From contig OZ037770.1 of the NCBI GenBank assembly GCA_964035545.1, positions 8,810,973 to 8,874,972 of the forward strand: a DNA stretch of 64,000 bases. Reading direction: 5' to 3'. Shown here piece after piece: positions 31,851 to 50,969 of the stretch. Within the stretch, counting starts at the first letter, position 1. Every line of letters starts with the position of its first letter. The DNA comes from Bugula neritina (lineage: Eukaryota; Animalia; Bryozoa). Below the pieces are notes generated by a model. That model saw only the letters and a list, made by a program, of their open reading frames with translations. It did not search any database and was not told the origin of the DNA. The position numbers and the translations under genes are program-made.

Positions 31851-34800
31851 ATGGCTTCTAAAGACAGCAGGTATTCTTGGCTTGTTCTCTTCATGTCTTT
31901 TTTATCCCACGTTTGCCATCTTGGATTTAGTTACGGGGTGGTTGGAAACCTGACCATAGCTCATCAGCAGGCATTTAACATCAGCTTGCAGCAGAGTAGT
32001 TTACTTGGCTCGGTGTTTGTGGCAACTTTCTATCTGCTTGGTAAGTTTACCTGCTCAAAAGGATTACATGTTTGTTTGGTCTACCTGCTCAGTAAGTTTA
32101 CCTGCTTGGTAACTATATACTTGCACTGTAGCTTCACCTGATTTGTAGATCTACCTGTTCTTTATGTCTCTCTGTTTGGCGTGTCCTAATCACAAGAATT
32201 GTAGTATAAGTATATCCTGCATGTGCAGTTATTGTACGAATGTCTATAATACCAAAAACTTTTTATTACATTGGACAAAGTCCTAACTGAATGTTCAATC
32301 TAATAGTGCTTAACTTGGGACTTTTTGTAAATTTAAGTATTATTTTACAGCTATATCATAGCATGATATAAGAACAAAGTATTAGTGTATTGTGTTTAAT
32401 GTTGCTGTGTTATATCCCTGCAACTGTAAATAATGAAACGTATTATTTTAGTAGGAGTGCCTATTTTTACATTAGCTATATTAAAATAATTGTCATATTT
32501 TAATGCAAATTGATTTACAATAAAGTATAGAATGAGCTTTATAGTAACAATAGAAAATAAACAATTAGCTATGATACTAACTATATTGCTGCAGTTATGG
32601 CATTGTTCAACTTGCGGGGTTAATAGTCCACCATCCCTGTGAGAACCCTTGGTAGAAGGGGTTGTTTAAAGCAGGCTAAGGACTTATTCATATGTGGCAC
32701 AGCAGCATTTATGTCAGAATGCTCTTCCTAGCATCATCACCGATGGCCTTTACTGGGAACCAAGCTACTGATCTCAGGTTTACTAAGCTGTTGATCTAAA
32801 ACAAGGTAATTTTGCTTACAATGTTGGTAAAAAATATTTGAGAATTTTATGTACGCTAGGCAATCAGGAAATGCATTCTATGCACTCAGAAATTTAACAG
32901 TGACTTGTTTTCAACATTTTATACTCAAACTGGGCTGTTTCCATACGTGATTACTGCATACAGCTTGATAAATTAGAAAATGTATGTATGATAAAAAGGT
33001 TTTGATAATATAAATGCTACCAGCAGAAAATGTTATAAAAAATAATAGTCCTTGAAGTTGATGTAAAAGTAGGAATAATCAACTAAAAGTTCCAATCCCT
33101 TGAAATAAAAAAGTTTTGTGGCTAGTATAAATAGGTGATAAAAAAAGAGCAGCTGTTGTCTGTGGTTTAGGGGTTAGAGCGGCTGCCTAGTAAGCAGGAG
33201 GTCATGGGTTCAAGCGGACAAGAGCCATTGGTGATGTTAGAAAGAGCATCCAGTCATAATTTATCCTGTGCCACATCTGAATAAGTCCTTAGCCTGATTT
33301 AACAAAAACTTCTTCCATCAGGGGGTTTGCTCACAGGGATAGCGACTGTAAACTTGTGCAAGTTTGTTTTATAGATAATAAAAACGAATTTCCCAAACAT
33401 AAACTTTGTATTTTGAAGATGAAAGAAATTGCATTACAAATTTTATAATGCAAATTTGAAATATAAAAAATTAAAAATGTGGCTGTCAATTACTCTACAA
33501 AATACATAAAAGCTTTTTAATCTATTTTCCTGTATCTGCAGCACCATGAATACAATTATGATTTAATTTATTCTTCCTTTTACTCTATAAGAATTTGAAC
33601 ATATTAAGCTTTGCCAAGTATGTTGAAGATTAAGTTAAGTCATTTTACCATAACTATGATGTTAATGGTTATAGATACCTACATCCTGAAAAACCTCTAG
33701 GGTAGCTTATGGTGTAGGGATTTGCATGCTGAGCAGAAGTATTTTATACACTGGAGTGAATGCAGGCGCAAAGATCACTTCATAAAAACCTGATTCTTTA
33801 TTTTTAAAATTGCCTAGGCACATATGTAATTAAATACGTAGACTAATTGTTTTAGTACCATATAATATTATCTAGAGCAATTTTCTAATAAAATATTATT
33901 GTTTATAATCATGCAGTGAGTAGGAAGCAATTATATTCTAGTGATAAAAGCGTTATAGTAAAACCAACCTCAGTGGTTTAAATTCCAGTAAAGCCATAGG
34001 TAAAGATAGGACGAGCATTTAGTTACAATTTTTCCATTCCCACTTTAGGACACAAATTAAATGTACTTAAAAACCTTTACATTAAAGGCTATCATGCACA
34101 GAGATAACAACTGTGAACTCACAAAATATTTTATTCAATCACCATGAGTTTTAAAGTTATTGCCTTGTATTGCAAAATCTTCCTCTAGGTCCAGTGTCCT
34201 CAATCATAGTGAAGAAGTTAGGTTGCCGACCTACAGAACTACTTGGAGGAAGTCTGTCAATTGCTAGTTTAGGATTATGTTCTCTTGCAACAAAGTTTTG
34301 GCATATCTTTATTCTCTTTAGTATGCTTACAGGTGAGGAATACATCTTCAAGTTGATTATATATTCGTCATTATAATTACTGCATACGATATGCCTATAC
34401 AATATGTGCATTGTGTTCTAACTGGAGTTAAAACTCTTCATTTCATCAACTGCAGCTATTTTGGATAAATTTTGCTATACAGTGATCTTCAAATGTATAA
34501 ACCTTACCCACTGTAAGTGTTTCTGAAACAGTACTGACTATAGCTGTTGATTTGACTTTTATTATCACATAGACTTGGTTCCTATACAGGGTTTGGCATG
34601 TCACTTTGCCTTTCCTCGAGCACTGAGGTGTTACCTCAACATTTTGACAAATACAGGAACTTAGCTTTTGCTACTGCAAGTTCTGGTGTGATGGTTGGAG
34701 TTATAATTTGGCCCATAGCGTCACAGTATTTTCTTAGTATATACAGCTACTCTAAAGCTATAGGGATTGTTGCTGCATTCCAAATTATTCATTTTCTGGC

Positions 34801-37800
34801 TGGGCTGACCTTCATTTCTGGAAATAGAGAAGATGTGACAAGAGAAAAACCAGGTGATTATTAATATAGACGCTTGTGTGTGTGTGCGTGCGTGCGTGCG
34901 TGTGTGTGCGTGCGTGCGTGTGTGTGTGTGCGTGTGTGTGTGTGCGTTTGTGTGTGTGTGTGTGTGCGTGCGTGTGTGCGCGCGTGTGTGTGTGTGTGCG
35001 TGTGCGTTTGTGTGTGTGTGTGCGTGTGTGTGTGTGTGTGTACGCGTGTGTGTGTGTGTGCGTGTGCGTGTGCCTGTGTGTGTGCGTGCGCGTGCGTGCA
35101 TGTGCCTGTGCGTGTGCGTGTGCGTGTGCGTGTGCGTGTGCGTGTGTGTGTGTGTGAGTGTACATATGCGCAAAGCTTAACTTGCTATTATAACTTGGCA
35201 ACACAATATATAATCATGACTAACATACTATGCAATGATGAAGGTGAAACCTCAGCCAAAGGAGCATTATCTGCTAACAATGATCAAGTTGCTGTCAGCA
35301 CAGTGTGCAAGGATGAAAGGCATTCTCCTTCCCAGGTAAACAAGTTAAATTAGGCAAAACATGGCTTCATGTTGTGTAAGCCAGCAATGATCACTGCTGA
35401 TAAACTTTGATTGACTTGTGATAGGAATATGCACTAGGAACTTTGAATTAACTATAGTAGGCTTCAGTTGCCTAACAATAGTGGCTGAATGATCAGTTTT
35501 TTAACAGTGCATTGATCAGCACTAGAGATAAACTAAATATATGAATGCACTGAGAAAAGCTAATATATGTTATAGTAATTAAAAAGGTGACTACACAGGT
35601 TGCATGAAGCATTATAACTATTAACGGGTAAATTTCTGTCAGCTACACCAACACAGCAAATAAATTTTCTGTCGATGAAAGCATATTACCCACAAATTAT
35701 GGAGGTGCTCGCAATATCGATTAATTTCATGATTTTAGTTGAACAACTTTATGCACATATATATTATAATATTAAAACGCTACATTTCTTATATTTCATA
35801 AATTGAAAACTAGAGTATAACATTTTTTCAAGTTTTATTTTTATAAATATTATAGTGCTTTGCAGAATTGCCTTATTTTCTTGCTGCATGCCCACAGTCA
35901 GTGTGTTTACATTTTATCAATGTCAGTATAACAGTATAACAGTATAATTTTTTTTACAAACTGTACAATGCCATAACAAAATAGTGTTACACTTCAATTA
36001 TATGTTAATTTGTATGGCTCATTGCATGCTTCTCACACTACGTATCAGCTATCTATAACAGTTTATTATTGTATATATTTTCAAAAATATTATGAACAGT
36101 ATAGTAGTACCATTTTTTGTCCATCTAATTTGTTCTTTTCAATAATGAATACATCAAATGCTTTTGATTTTGGAAGAATGACATGAAATGCTTGAATACA
36201 ATGCAAATATTGCTAGTAATACTCACAGTATTTTCAGGCAAAGTATATGATGATGTAAACATAGTTTTTTCTATTTGTATATGTATATGTTATATATTTA
36301 GGAATGTTCAGAGAAAACCAAAGTGACTGCTGAAGAAGAGTTATCTCCTCCACAGAGCCAATCACTTAGAAAATCTTTCACCACACTGCTCAAATCTTAT
36401 AATGTAAGTTTATGTTTACTAACTATTGACCTGGGTCAGTTTTGTGCGAAAATAACGCATAGGAAACAATTTGGTAATTTTGACAAGGTATTTTAATTAC
36501 GAACTAAAAAATATTGAAATTTTTATTTTTATTTTTATTCACTTTATTACTACAAAACTGGTGCAAGTGGTAACTGTAATGCACTAGTCTGTATTCTAGT
36601 TAATTACAATTGGCTGTAACCTAGTCAATTATCAAGCAGTTATTGCAGCTCTATAAAATGAGTACCTATATAATATAGTGAAGATCCATTCAATTAAGAA
36701 GCATTTTGTTTTGAAAACCTGGTAAATAATTGAACCTGATGACTATTCTAATATTTATTAAAAGTAATAATAAGTAAAAAAAGTCTACGTTGCTATTGCG
36801 GTTAATTATTATTACATGTGTCAAATTTGATTTAGAAATGTCAGAGCTAGAAGCACGAAGTGGCTTGTAAACAAATTGCTGGTCATATTATTCTGATTTT
36901 TACCTTTTGCCTAATAAACTAATTGCAATTAGAAATAGGAGCTGCTTGCCAACTTCAATTGTTCATTCTATCACAAGTTTAGTCACATAAAAAGCTTATG
37001 AAAAATTGCCAAATCTAAGCAAATTTTAATTAGACATTATAGTAGCTATTTACGATATGAATTTGTCCCATGCATACATTTAGCACCAATTAGCACTTGT
37101 GAAACAACTGGTAATGTGTTGAATACCGCTAACCGCTGCATGAACAGGACAGAGTGAAGATAGGAGAGGTGAGGAATGTGTTCCATATTATGATTTTGAT
37201 TTCTATCATTCTCCATACCTCTAAAGCCAGTCTTTATTTTAGGTGTGGTTCCTACTGATTCATGCTATGCTGAGAATGGGGGCAAGCACAATATTCGCAG
37301 TAATGATAAACAAGTACGTCATAGTAGCTGTGGGACTTACTTCAGAGGAAGCAGCATTTGGAATCACTCTCACAGGTCACAGTATAACATCTCTATTAGC
37401 TTTTGTTACAAATACTCCAGATTAATTGCTTACTCTATTAAAGTCAGAGGAGCCAAGCTGCTCTATACAAATGAAACTGCATTTCAGTTGCATATATACA
37501 ATGGAAAGCTTATATAATATACTTGCTAATGTATTATCAACTGTTTATAATAAAACCATTTTAACTTGGCAAATGCAATAATTGTTGATGCATATGGCTT
37601 ACTGCTCAAAGCAAATTATATAAATAATTCAATAATTTTAAACGCAACAGGTTAAACTCCTCGTGCATAGATTTAACTGAAAATAATTCGTTATTGAACA
37701 TGCTTTAGTTTGGCAAGCTGTGGTAGAAGAACATTCTGATTGTTGCATGTTTATATGGCCAAATGTAGTTATCGTGTGCAAACACTGACATGTACTGTAT

Positions 37801-38984
37801 GTTTTCTCATTGTATTAAAATATAAAAAGCATAGTTTTGCATATTTTTTAGTACGTAGAACTTGATTTGTGCAATAATTGTGAGAGCTGTTAAAAATATG
37901 CAACAAGTTGGAAGTTGTCTTCTTTCTAATCACACAGTAAAATCTTAAGATCTGCTCAACATGATAATACTAGCAGATAACTTGCTGTTTTCAGGGGTTG
38001 GATCGCTAATTGGGTGTGTCTTAGTGGCAGCTACAGGTACCATCAAGTATGATAGAGTGATATTACATGCCTGTGTAGTCACACTCAATGCTGTCATGAC
38101 TATCACTCTAGCTTATATAACCAGTAAGGTAAAATAATTATACATTGGAGCTTATTTTTACAAAAACAAGTTTAGGCAACTAAACTATGAGTATACAAGC
38201 CTTGTATTCTATTTCCATCAACAGTTAATTGAGATCTCTTTATAATTATGCATAAACTAATAGAGAAAGTGTTTTTAGCCGATGTACTACAGTATAGCAA
38301 CCCTATGGGGAGTTTGGCAAGGGGCTACTTTAGCCACCCTTCTTCCTGTGGTCCACATTGTCTCTGGTTTTCAACACCAGGCTATTCTGTTTGGAATGGT
38401 GTTGTTTAGTCAGGGACTGGGTAGCGTTTTGATGACTCAGGTATATGGTGAGTACAGTCATCAAGTAATGACTAATAATCTTGCAATGCTGGTTTTGGGA
38501 TAAAAAAAACTGCAAAATTTATGTTAATAAAATAATAGAATAAAGTAATATTTAGTACAGAAAAAGTATAACATGATGTTTCCATGGCTTAAAGTGTCAA
38601 AATTTGTAATAGGAATTGAAATGAACTTTGGGTACAGAAAAGATTTTTCTTTTTCATCTCAACTTGAAATTAATTTTACTGTAAGATTTTTGCCTTGAAA
38701 TCAAATATAATAAATTGCAAAAATTTGTAATTATGCTTGCTGCATCTAATAAATATAATGAATTTATCCCCATGTTTACAGGCTACCAATAATATGTGAA
38801 ACAAACTGTATTGAAGCAGTTTGAGGAAATGTTATGTTTGCAGTTTTCTCTTTTAGTTTACATTGGACAAGCTACTTCCTTTAGATACAGTCTTGTTGCT
38901 GCAGGTGTGGGAGGAATTTCAGTGAATTTTCTGCTCATACCACAAATATTCCGCAACAGGAAAATTCAAAACACTGTTGCTTAG
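31851..38984 (+). CDS. Monocarboxylate transporter-like MFS protein (SLC16 family); exons approx. 31851-32040, 34189-34332, 34590-34853, ~35244-35335, 36302-36403, 37243-37375, 37995-38128, 38279-38447, 38857-38984
   Basis: N-terminal [13 protein letters not shown] (SLC16 DGGWGW-like motif), [23 protein letters not shown], many hydrophobic TM segments and a central polar loop. GT-AG exons are in phase; the exon 4 acceptor is ambiguous. Confidence 0.88.
32617..32800 (-). mobile_element. tRNA-like SINE copy (degenerate)
   Basis: Reverse-complement match to 33147-33355 (CCCTGTGAGAACCC, GGACTTATTCATATGTGGCACAG). Confidence 0.7.
33147..33355 (+). mobile_element. tRNA-like SINE copy
   Basis: A-box/B-box-like head (GGTTTAGGGGTTAGAGC..GGGTTCAAGC). 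Body is shared with at least 5 dispersed copies in the window. Confidence 0.75.
34874..35160. repeat. Compound (GT)n/(GTGC)n microsatellite in MCT intron
   Basis: Direct inspection. Confidence 0.97.
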
Positions 38985-39311
38985 CAACAGTGTTTTGGCA
39001 CTTCCTGTTATGCTTAGCAACAGTCTGGGGACTTCATCCTTGCACGAGATTGCATTAGCAATTAGTAGCTGCTGGTATATTTTTATCAAAGCATATTATT
39101 TGTCATTCAAGTTCTTGTCATGTAAATATTTTTAGACATTGTGTTATTTTTAATTTTTAAAGTAATATTTGACAAACACAAAATAGACTCTGCATAACCG
39201 ATTTTCATAGTCTGCCATAATTAGTCATGCAGATTTATATGAGAATAAATAGGGTGCGAGGTGACTGATAGCTACTTGCAAATGCATCAGTTGTTAGCAG
39301 TAACACGAACA

Positions 39312-39460
39312 GAGTAGTACTAAGAGAGAAGTTCTAAGAGAGTATAAGTACTAACAAGGCGGTGCTAACAAGGCAGTACTAACAGGGTAGTACTAACAGA
39401 GCAGTACTAACAGAGAAATACTAACAAGGCAGTACTAACAGGGCAGTACTAACAGAGTAA
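39312..39460. repeat. Degenerate ~15-bp tandem repeat (AGTACTAACAG core)
   Basis: About 9 imperfect units downstream of the MCT stop codon. Confidence 0.85.
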
Positions 39461-40067
39461 CACTAGCTTCTGTAATCAATATATCTGAAATGCATGACTT
39501 GCAGTTAGTAGCCAATGAGCTACAACTAGCAAACTCTCTTGTAAAAAAGAATTAGTGTAACAATTTAGACAAATTAACCACTTTCATATCTTTGTTTCTG
39601 TAATAATATGTGTCTTCATAATGACAGTTCAATAAGTAATCATCAATATTGAAATCTTGATACATTCTCCATGGTGAAAACGTTTATCCTGTTGCTTATA
39701 GTAAATCTAATACAGTATTGCTTGTTTGAATAGCTTATTTATCAGAAATACAACTAGCAAAGTTATATGTTTTTAAATCTATACATATTTTCAATTAATA
39801 AAAAGTTTTGTATTGGCTGGTTTTATTCACATTCCAATTTATTTATATTTTTCTTGCAATAACCAAAAGCTTTAAATGCTGCATATAATAAATAAAGCAA
39901 TAAAATATTTTCTCTTATTTCTAAATGAAAAGTTGCTGTATGAAAAACCTCCAACCTGGCTTCATATGGTTGTTAAAAATTAAGTCATTTAACTTTACAT
40001 ATACAAAAACTACTGATAGCACAGCGTCATAAATGCTATGCTGCTACATACAGAATGAATAAATTAG

Positions 40068-45356
<5,289 letters not shown>

Positions 45357-45584
45357 GCTGCGTAATGCACAGCAAAAAATTTTGTTGGTTTTTTGAACTT
45401 TTCAAAGCAGCTGTGTACGTTTGCCAAGCTCGTACCGCAATGAACGTTAGCTAGTTATTGTCAGAAATTTATAATACCAGTATTGAATTTCACATCAGCA
45501 GAGTCTAGCAATTCATTCAATTGCATTCATTCATTTCATTCAATGCAGCCTCACTCACGGGTTTTCCATGGATCGATCTGAGAT

Positions 45585-46078
45585 TGTTATAGTATTCGAA
45601 CTATGCCAGGCATGCTTCTCCATTGTAATCTTTTACTGAATTCAGAGAAATAAAGTGCCATTTGTAATGGCTAAATAAAATATCAAAAACATGAACACTA
45701 ATTAAGCTGAAATATAACATGGCGTTGTAGACAGGATAATACTAACTTGTATATGGACTAAAAAGAACATAATATAAATACAGTATGGCAGTGGCAGAAA
45801 TTAATCCACCTAAAATTATGAACTTTTCAAATGCTTGCAGCACATGGAGTGCATAGAAGCAGCGCTTTGAGAGATATAGAACAGCAAGTGGGTTAAGTAA
45901 TAAAACTCCGGAGCAACAGGTGAATATTTTAATTTATGTTATGGGTGAAGAAGCAGAATCTATTCACAATCAATTAACCGTAAGAGACCAAACTGTGGAA
46001 GATGGCACGCCAGTGGCTACAGATACGATTTATGTCAGAACATTAGAAGCTTTTAATGAGTATTTTAATCCCCAAGAA
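45585..46078 (+). mobile_element. 5' fragment of a second Gypsy LTR retrotransposon: 135-bp LTR (45585-45719), tRNA-Ser-like PBS (45720-45737), truncated gag (45785-46078)
   Basis: TGTTATA...TATAACA LTR ends, followed by TGGCGTTGTAGACAGGAT. Translation MAVAEINPPKIMNFSNACSTWSA*KQRFERYRTASGLSNKTPEQQVNILIYVMGEEAESI is typical of Gypsy gag N-termini. Confidence 0.82.
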
Positions 46079-46347
46079 GAGTTGCCTCCTCTTAAGTGAA
46101 GAGTACTTTAATAGTATAATTTTTTCACCCACCTGAGTGATAAAAGCTACTGCTGTTGAAAAACAAAATTTAACGCCAGCTATAAACTCTGCGCAGTAAA
46201 GCTTTTAGTATGAAATAATTTGGCCAATTTTGGATAATTAATTTTAATATTTTAGCTTGACAGCTTATATAAAATTAATAGCTGTTGTGCAGCTTATTCA
46301 TAAACTTACGGGACTATTGGGCTTAAAATTACGCAGCAAACAACTAA

Positions 46348-46666
46348 GCCTAGGGCCACTGTGCATATTTTCGCAGGCAAAATGTTAAACCACAAGTAGT
46401 AAAGGTGTCCACTGAATGCGTTGAGAAAATATTCGCACTTGTCGTTCAGCATTCTGGACGCAAGTGCGAATCGCATCTGTCGTCATCACCTAATTGGCTG
46501 GTAGTTATTTAGAGAGCCCCCTTCTCTTAATTTAGTGCAGCATTCCAATAAATTGCGTTTTACTGAAAGGGGGGATGTAAACTTAATTTAACCGCTACAG
46601 TGGACACCTTTACTGCTTGTGGTTTAAATTTTCGCCTGCGAAAATACGAACCGTGTGGCCCTAGGC
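46348..46666. mobile_element. PIF/Harbinger-like MITE (TAA TSD)
   Basis: ~65-bp TIRs GCCTAGGGCCAC..AAAGGTGTCCACTG / CAGTGGACACCTTT..GTGGCCCTAGGC. TAA duplicated (46345-47, 46667-69). Absent from the homologous site in MITE copy 1. Confidence 0.85.
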
Positions 46667-48348
46667 TAATGAAAGTAAGTTTTACTAATAATTTAAATTC
46701 AATTTAAATGCTCCCACTTTTTCTATCTTCTACCATCTATAATTTTACATAATTGAGTTTTCTTAATCATTTTGATGAAAATCAAAGTTTTGCCACCTGA
46801 AAAGGTAGCTATCGTAATTATTATTTACTCTGTTTAGTAATTAACAATAAGTTATCATTTTTATTAGCAGACAACATTTTAGCGAGCAGTCATTTTTCTA
46901 CTTCTCGGATCGATCTTTCGTCTTTCCATGGTCTTATTGCCTTGAGATCGATCTGAGTTCAAGCTCTACAGACCGATCAGCTCAGAACGACTGAGAACAA
47001 TCTTTGACGTCTTTCCATAGATCGATCTTGCCGAGATGGATCTGAGATCGATTCATGAAAAGCGGGTGATTGTATTTTTTCTCACATGAGCTACGATTTG
47101 AATGCTTGTTAAGTGAAGCTTGTTAAAGGTTTTTTTTCCTCTATAGTTAGGCTTTGTATTTTTGTTAAGTGTACAGCCACTGAGAATATCCTCGGCTTGC
47201 TACTGACAAAAATTCATACAGACGAGTAGAAAATGCTGATTGACAAGTGCAAATAATTTTTGCCATGGTGTCCTAATTGGCTGGTAGCTAATTGGCAAAC
47301 CCATTTTCGTGCTTTATTAGTGCTTTATTTTTTTGAATTGCATTTTATTAATAGGAAGTGAGATTTAAAAATGATAATTTATTTTATCCTGCACATGTAG
47401 CCATAAAAACAAGGCGAGCAGTAAAGTTAACCGCAAATATTATTAGCTATATGAAAATTTGCAGCAGTTTAACTAGTTACGTGCGACTGGTAGCTTCAAA
47501 AAATGAAAAGTTCAGAAGAAACTGGTAGTATCAGATTTGCATGCTAGTTTAGCCTAAGCTTAAATTTGTCTTAATTTCTTTGTATATAAGTCTCTCTATA
47601 TCCAGGCATGCTTGCAACCAATTTAAGTTGAAGCACCAAGTTATAGGATCAGATTTGATATTACTTATCAGTTACCTCCATTAAAATTTGAAAAGTATGC
47701 TTATTAATTTTTAATTTGACATATTATGTTTAGTGCTTATAAGAGTGATTGAAAAATGTTATAACTAAAAGGTCATCTTATCCTACATTAATTATTTAAC
47801 AGCTACTGCACATATACATGAATATCTTTAATGTTTATAAAATGCTAAGCAACAATACATTATATATTACTATTATTACGGCTCCCTTACAAAGTACAAA
47901 AATCGATCAGCCTACACCGTTGTAAAAACTCAAATAAGATACAAAATAAGCAGATATATTTAGTTTAAGCAATCGATTTGCAGAGTGCAAACCAGAGAAA
48001 ACAACTGACAAATCGACAACTTCTTCTGCGTATTATATAAGCAGACAGCCATGATCATGATTTGCAAGATTCTAAGTGATAGACTTTATTATAAGCGCTG
48101 CTATGACGTACTATTTTTCAACAAGCTGTGACGTTAATATTATATAAATTTTAATTATCTGAATGAATCTAAATTACCAATGACATAGTTATCCTATGCA
48201 GTACCTATCTAAATTCATAGTAAATATTCACACAAATTAATTTAATAAGTTCTGATTAAACTAGCTTAATTCTTGATCATTATTTCCAACATATTAAAAC
48301 CTAAATCAACCACATTGAATATATTAAATAAAATGTCCCCTCCTCTCG

Positions 48349-49331
48349 TAGTAAAAAGGAGATAACTTTACTATACAGCATGCTCAGATAGTAAAAAAGA
48401 GATAACTTTACTATGCAGCATGCTCACATAGCAAAAAGGAGATAACTCTACTATACAGCATGCTTACATAATAAAAAGGGGATAACTCTACTATACAGCA
48501 TGCTCACAGAGTAAAAAGGAGATAACTTCACTATACAGCATGCTCACATAGTAAAAAGTAGATAACTCTACTATACAGCATGCTCACATAGTAGAAAGGA
48601 GATAACTCTACTATACGGTATGATCAATTAGTAAAAAGAAGATAACTCTACTATACAGTATGCTCACATAGCAAAAAAGAGATAACTCTACTATACAGTA
48701 TGCTCACATAGTAAAAAGGAGATAACTCTACTATACAGTATGCTCACATAGTAAAAAGGAGATAACTCTGCTATACAGTATGCTCACATAGCAAAAAAGA
48801 GATAACTCTACTATACAGTATGCTCACATAGTAAAAAGGAGATAACTCTGCTATACAGTATGCTCACATAGCAAAAAAGAGATAACTCTACTATACAGTA
48901 TGCTCACATAGTAAAAAGGAGATAACTCTGCTATACAGTATGCTCACATAGTAAAAAGGAGATAACTCTGCTATACAGCATGCTCACATAGTAGAAAGGA
49001 GATAACTCTACTATACGGTATGATCATTTAGTAAAAAGGAGATAACTCTACTATACAGTATGCTCACATAGTAAAAAGGAGATAACTCTACTATACAGTA
49101 TGCTCACATAGTAGAAAGGAGATAACTCTACTATACAGTATGCTCACATAGTAGAAAGGAGATAACTCTACTATACGGTATGATCATTTAGTAGAAAGGA
49201 GATAACTCTACTATACAGTATGCTCACATAGTAAAAAGGAGATAACTCTGCTATACAGCGAGCTCATTTAGTAAAAAGGAGATAACTCTACTATACAGTA
49301 TGCTCACATAGTAAAAAGGAGATAACTCTAC
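48349..49331. repeat. 40-bp tandem minisatellite (~24.5 units)
   Basis: Unit TAGTAAAAAGGAGATAACTCTACTATACAGTATGCTCACA repeated head-to-tail with few substitutions and no unique spacers. Confidence 0.97.
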
Positions 49332-50619
49332 GAAAGAGTAGGTACCAGACTACCAGTACTTGTTATTGGCAAATGACAAGCTAGCTAGCTGTTGCAAAGT
49401 TGATAGTATAGTCATATAACCAGGGATGTAGTGGTACCCATACGGTCCCATACGCCGTATGGCCTAGAAGAAAATAGGCTGTTCTTGGCCATACGGCCTT
49501 ATGGGCATATATTTTTTGAAAGTGTTACTGATTAGTGCACAGGATAGTTAGGGCATCCTCACTGAGAACATCATAAATTTCGCTCACAATCTAGTTTGAG
49601 TTCTTGTTATGTTAATGCTATGTGGGCGGCATGCGTGTTGCCTACTTGTGATTGTTTAGCCTGAGATTACACTATGAATAATAAGCAGCTATCAACATTC
49701 CATCTTCTCATCTCTACGTATTCACTGAAGCGCGAAGTGCTGCGCATTAGTGATTACTAAGGAAAAAATATTTCATTTTCAGTGTATAAATCACTAATTT
49801 GTAGAAAATCTATGAAGGCTATTGAAAAGATAAAAAAGTTTGCTATGCATAAATTTCTCAGGTTTTCGACAGTGTTTGTTTTATTCGAATACTATGCTTT
49901 CCTGCTGAGATATTTGGCAGGGATTGAAAAATAAACTTTTCAGGTAAAATTGGCCAAAATAGTAGATTTTTGTCTATAATTAACCTTGCAAAAAAATATT
50001 AAAAATTCGAAAAATCAGGTGCTCTGAGGAACAGGAAGATCTAAAACATAGTTTTTAAATTTTAATTCTAGCACAATTAAGTATGGTTTTATTTGGCGGG
50101 ACTGAATTCTTATAATATACCAATAATGTGGCCTCAGTAAGGCAGTGTCAGCTAGAAAGTTGCCATTATTTATCTTGTGTGGACTTGCATTTTGTCAATA
50201 AGCAATGAAATTTGGAAAAAAACCAACATGAAATCCAGAAATAAAATCAAAATGTCTTCAGGAAACAGTACCAGGTGTGTAGGAGAGGTTAATGAAAATT
50301 TATCACTGAGGTCTACAGGTACTATATCCACATTTTGGTTGCGTTATTCCATGTCAATTATCAATGCAATGAGGTTTTGCAAACTGTACACCACCATAAG
50401 TAACCTTTTATGTTTGATTGTACTATAGCGTCTGGCTTTACATTTAATCATCTTCTAGGCTAACACATATTGAACCTGTCAAGTTTGTTCTTTTGGGTAT
50501 ATTTCCTTGATGTGTCTAGTGGAAGCTCAGGGGTTTTACTTTAAAACCAAGTTAACATACTCTTCTTTGGTGTGCTTTATTGTGTGCAAGGAGGTGCGGT
50601 GGTATCTCCTTATGGATTA

Positions 50620-50926
50620 TGCTATGTATTGAACTAGCCTTGTCAATACACCACATGATGCATATTATGACATACCACATTTTATGTGCTCGGTTACTTT
50701 TTTATTCTAATGTCTATTTGTTTAAACTCATTATATACAGTTTTTGCCATATCAATATACAAGCCAGTTGTTATTCTGTCACTGTTTATCTACATGTATT
50801 TTTATGTCAGTTACTTGTTAGCTTCAATACAATACAGTTATACATTCTACTCTACAGCCAATCTTACTTATACGTGCTTAATCTTACTGTTTACTCTTGT
50901 TTAACATAAATAACAAGAACACAACA
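50620..50926 (+). repeat. 5' LTR
   Basis: Appears identical to 55044-55350. Confidence 0.95.
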
Positions 50927-50928
50927 AC

Positions 50929-50946
50929 TGGTGTCAGAAGTGGGAT
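50929..50946 (+). promoter_or_regulatory. Primer-binding site complementary to tRNA-Leu 3' end
   Basis: TGGTGTCAGAAGTGGGAT, 2 nt after the 5' LTR. Confidence 0.88.
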
Positions 50947-50969
50947 AAATACAACCATATCATTTTGAA

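Larger units (their letters stand above)
45556..47068 (-). mobile_element. CAC-terminal MITE, copy 2 (inverted relative to 4718-5507), with two nested inserts
   Basis: 46079-46347 and 46667-47068 are the reverse complement of 4718-5400. Degenerate TIRs CACGGGTTTTCCATGGATCGATCTGAGAT / GATCTGAGATCGATTCATGAAAAGCGGGTG. Confidence 0.85.

Noticed and set aside
48349-49331. CRISPR-like regular array
   Set aside because: Units are contiguous 40-mers without unique spacers, there are no cas genes, and the context is eukaryotic.
50580-50909. Duplicated hydrophobic ORFs (also 55043-55333), possibly env-like
   Set aside because: They are translations of the AT-rich LTRs, with no env features.
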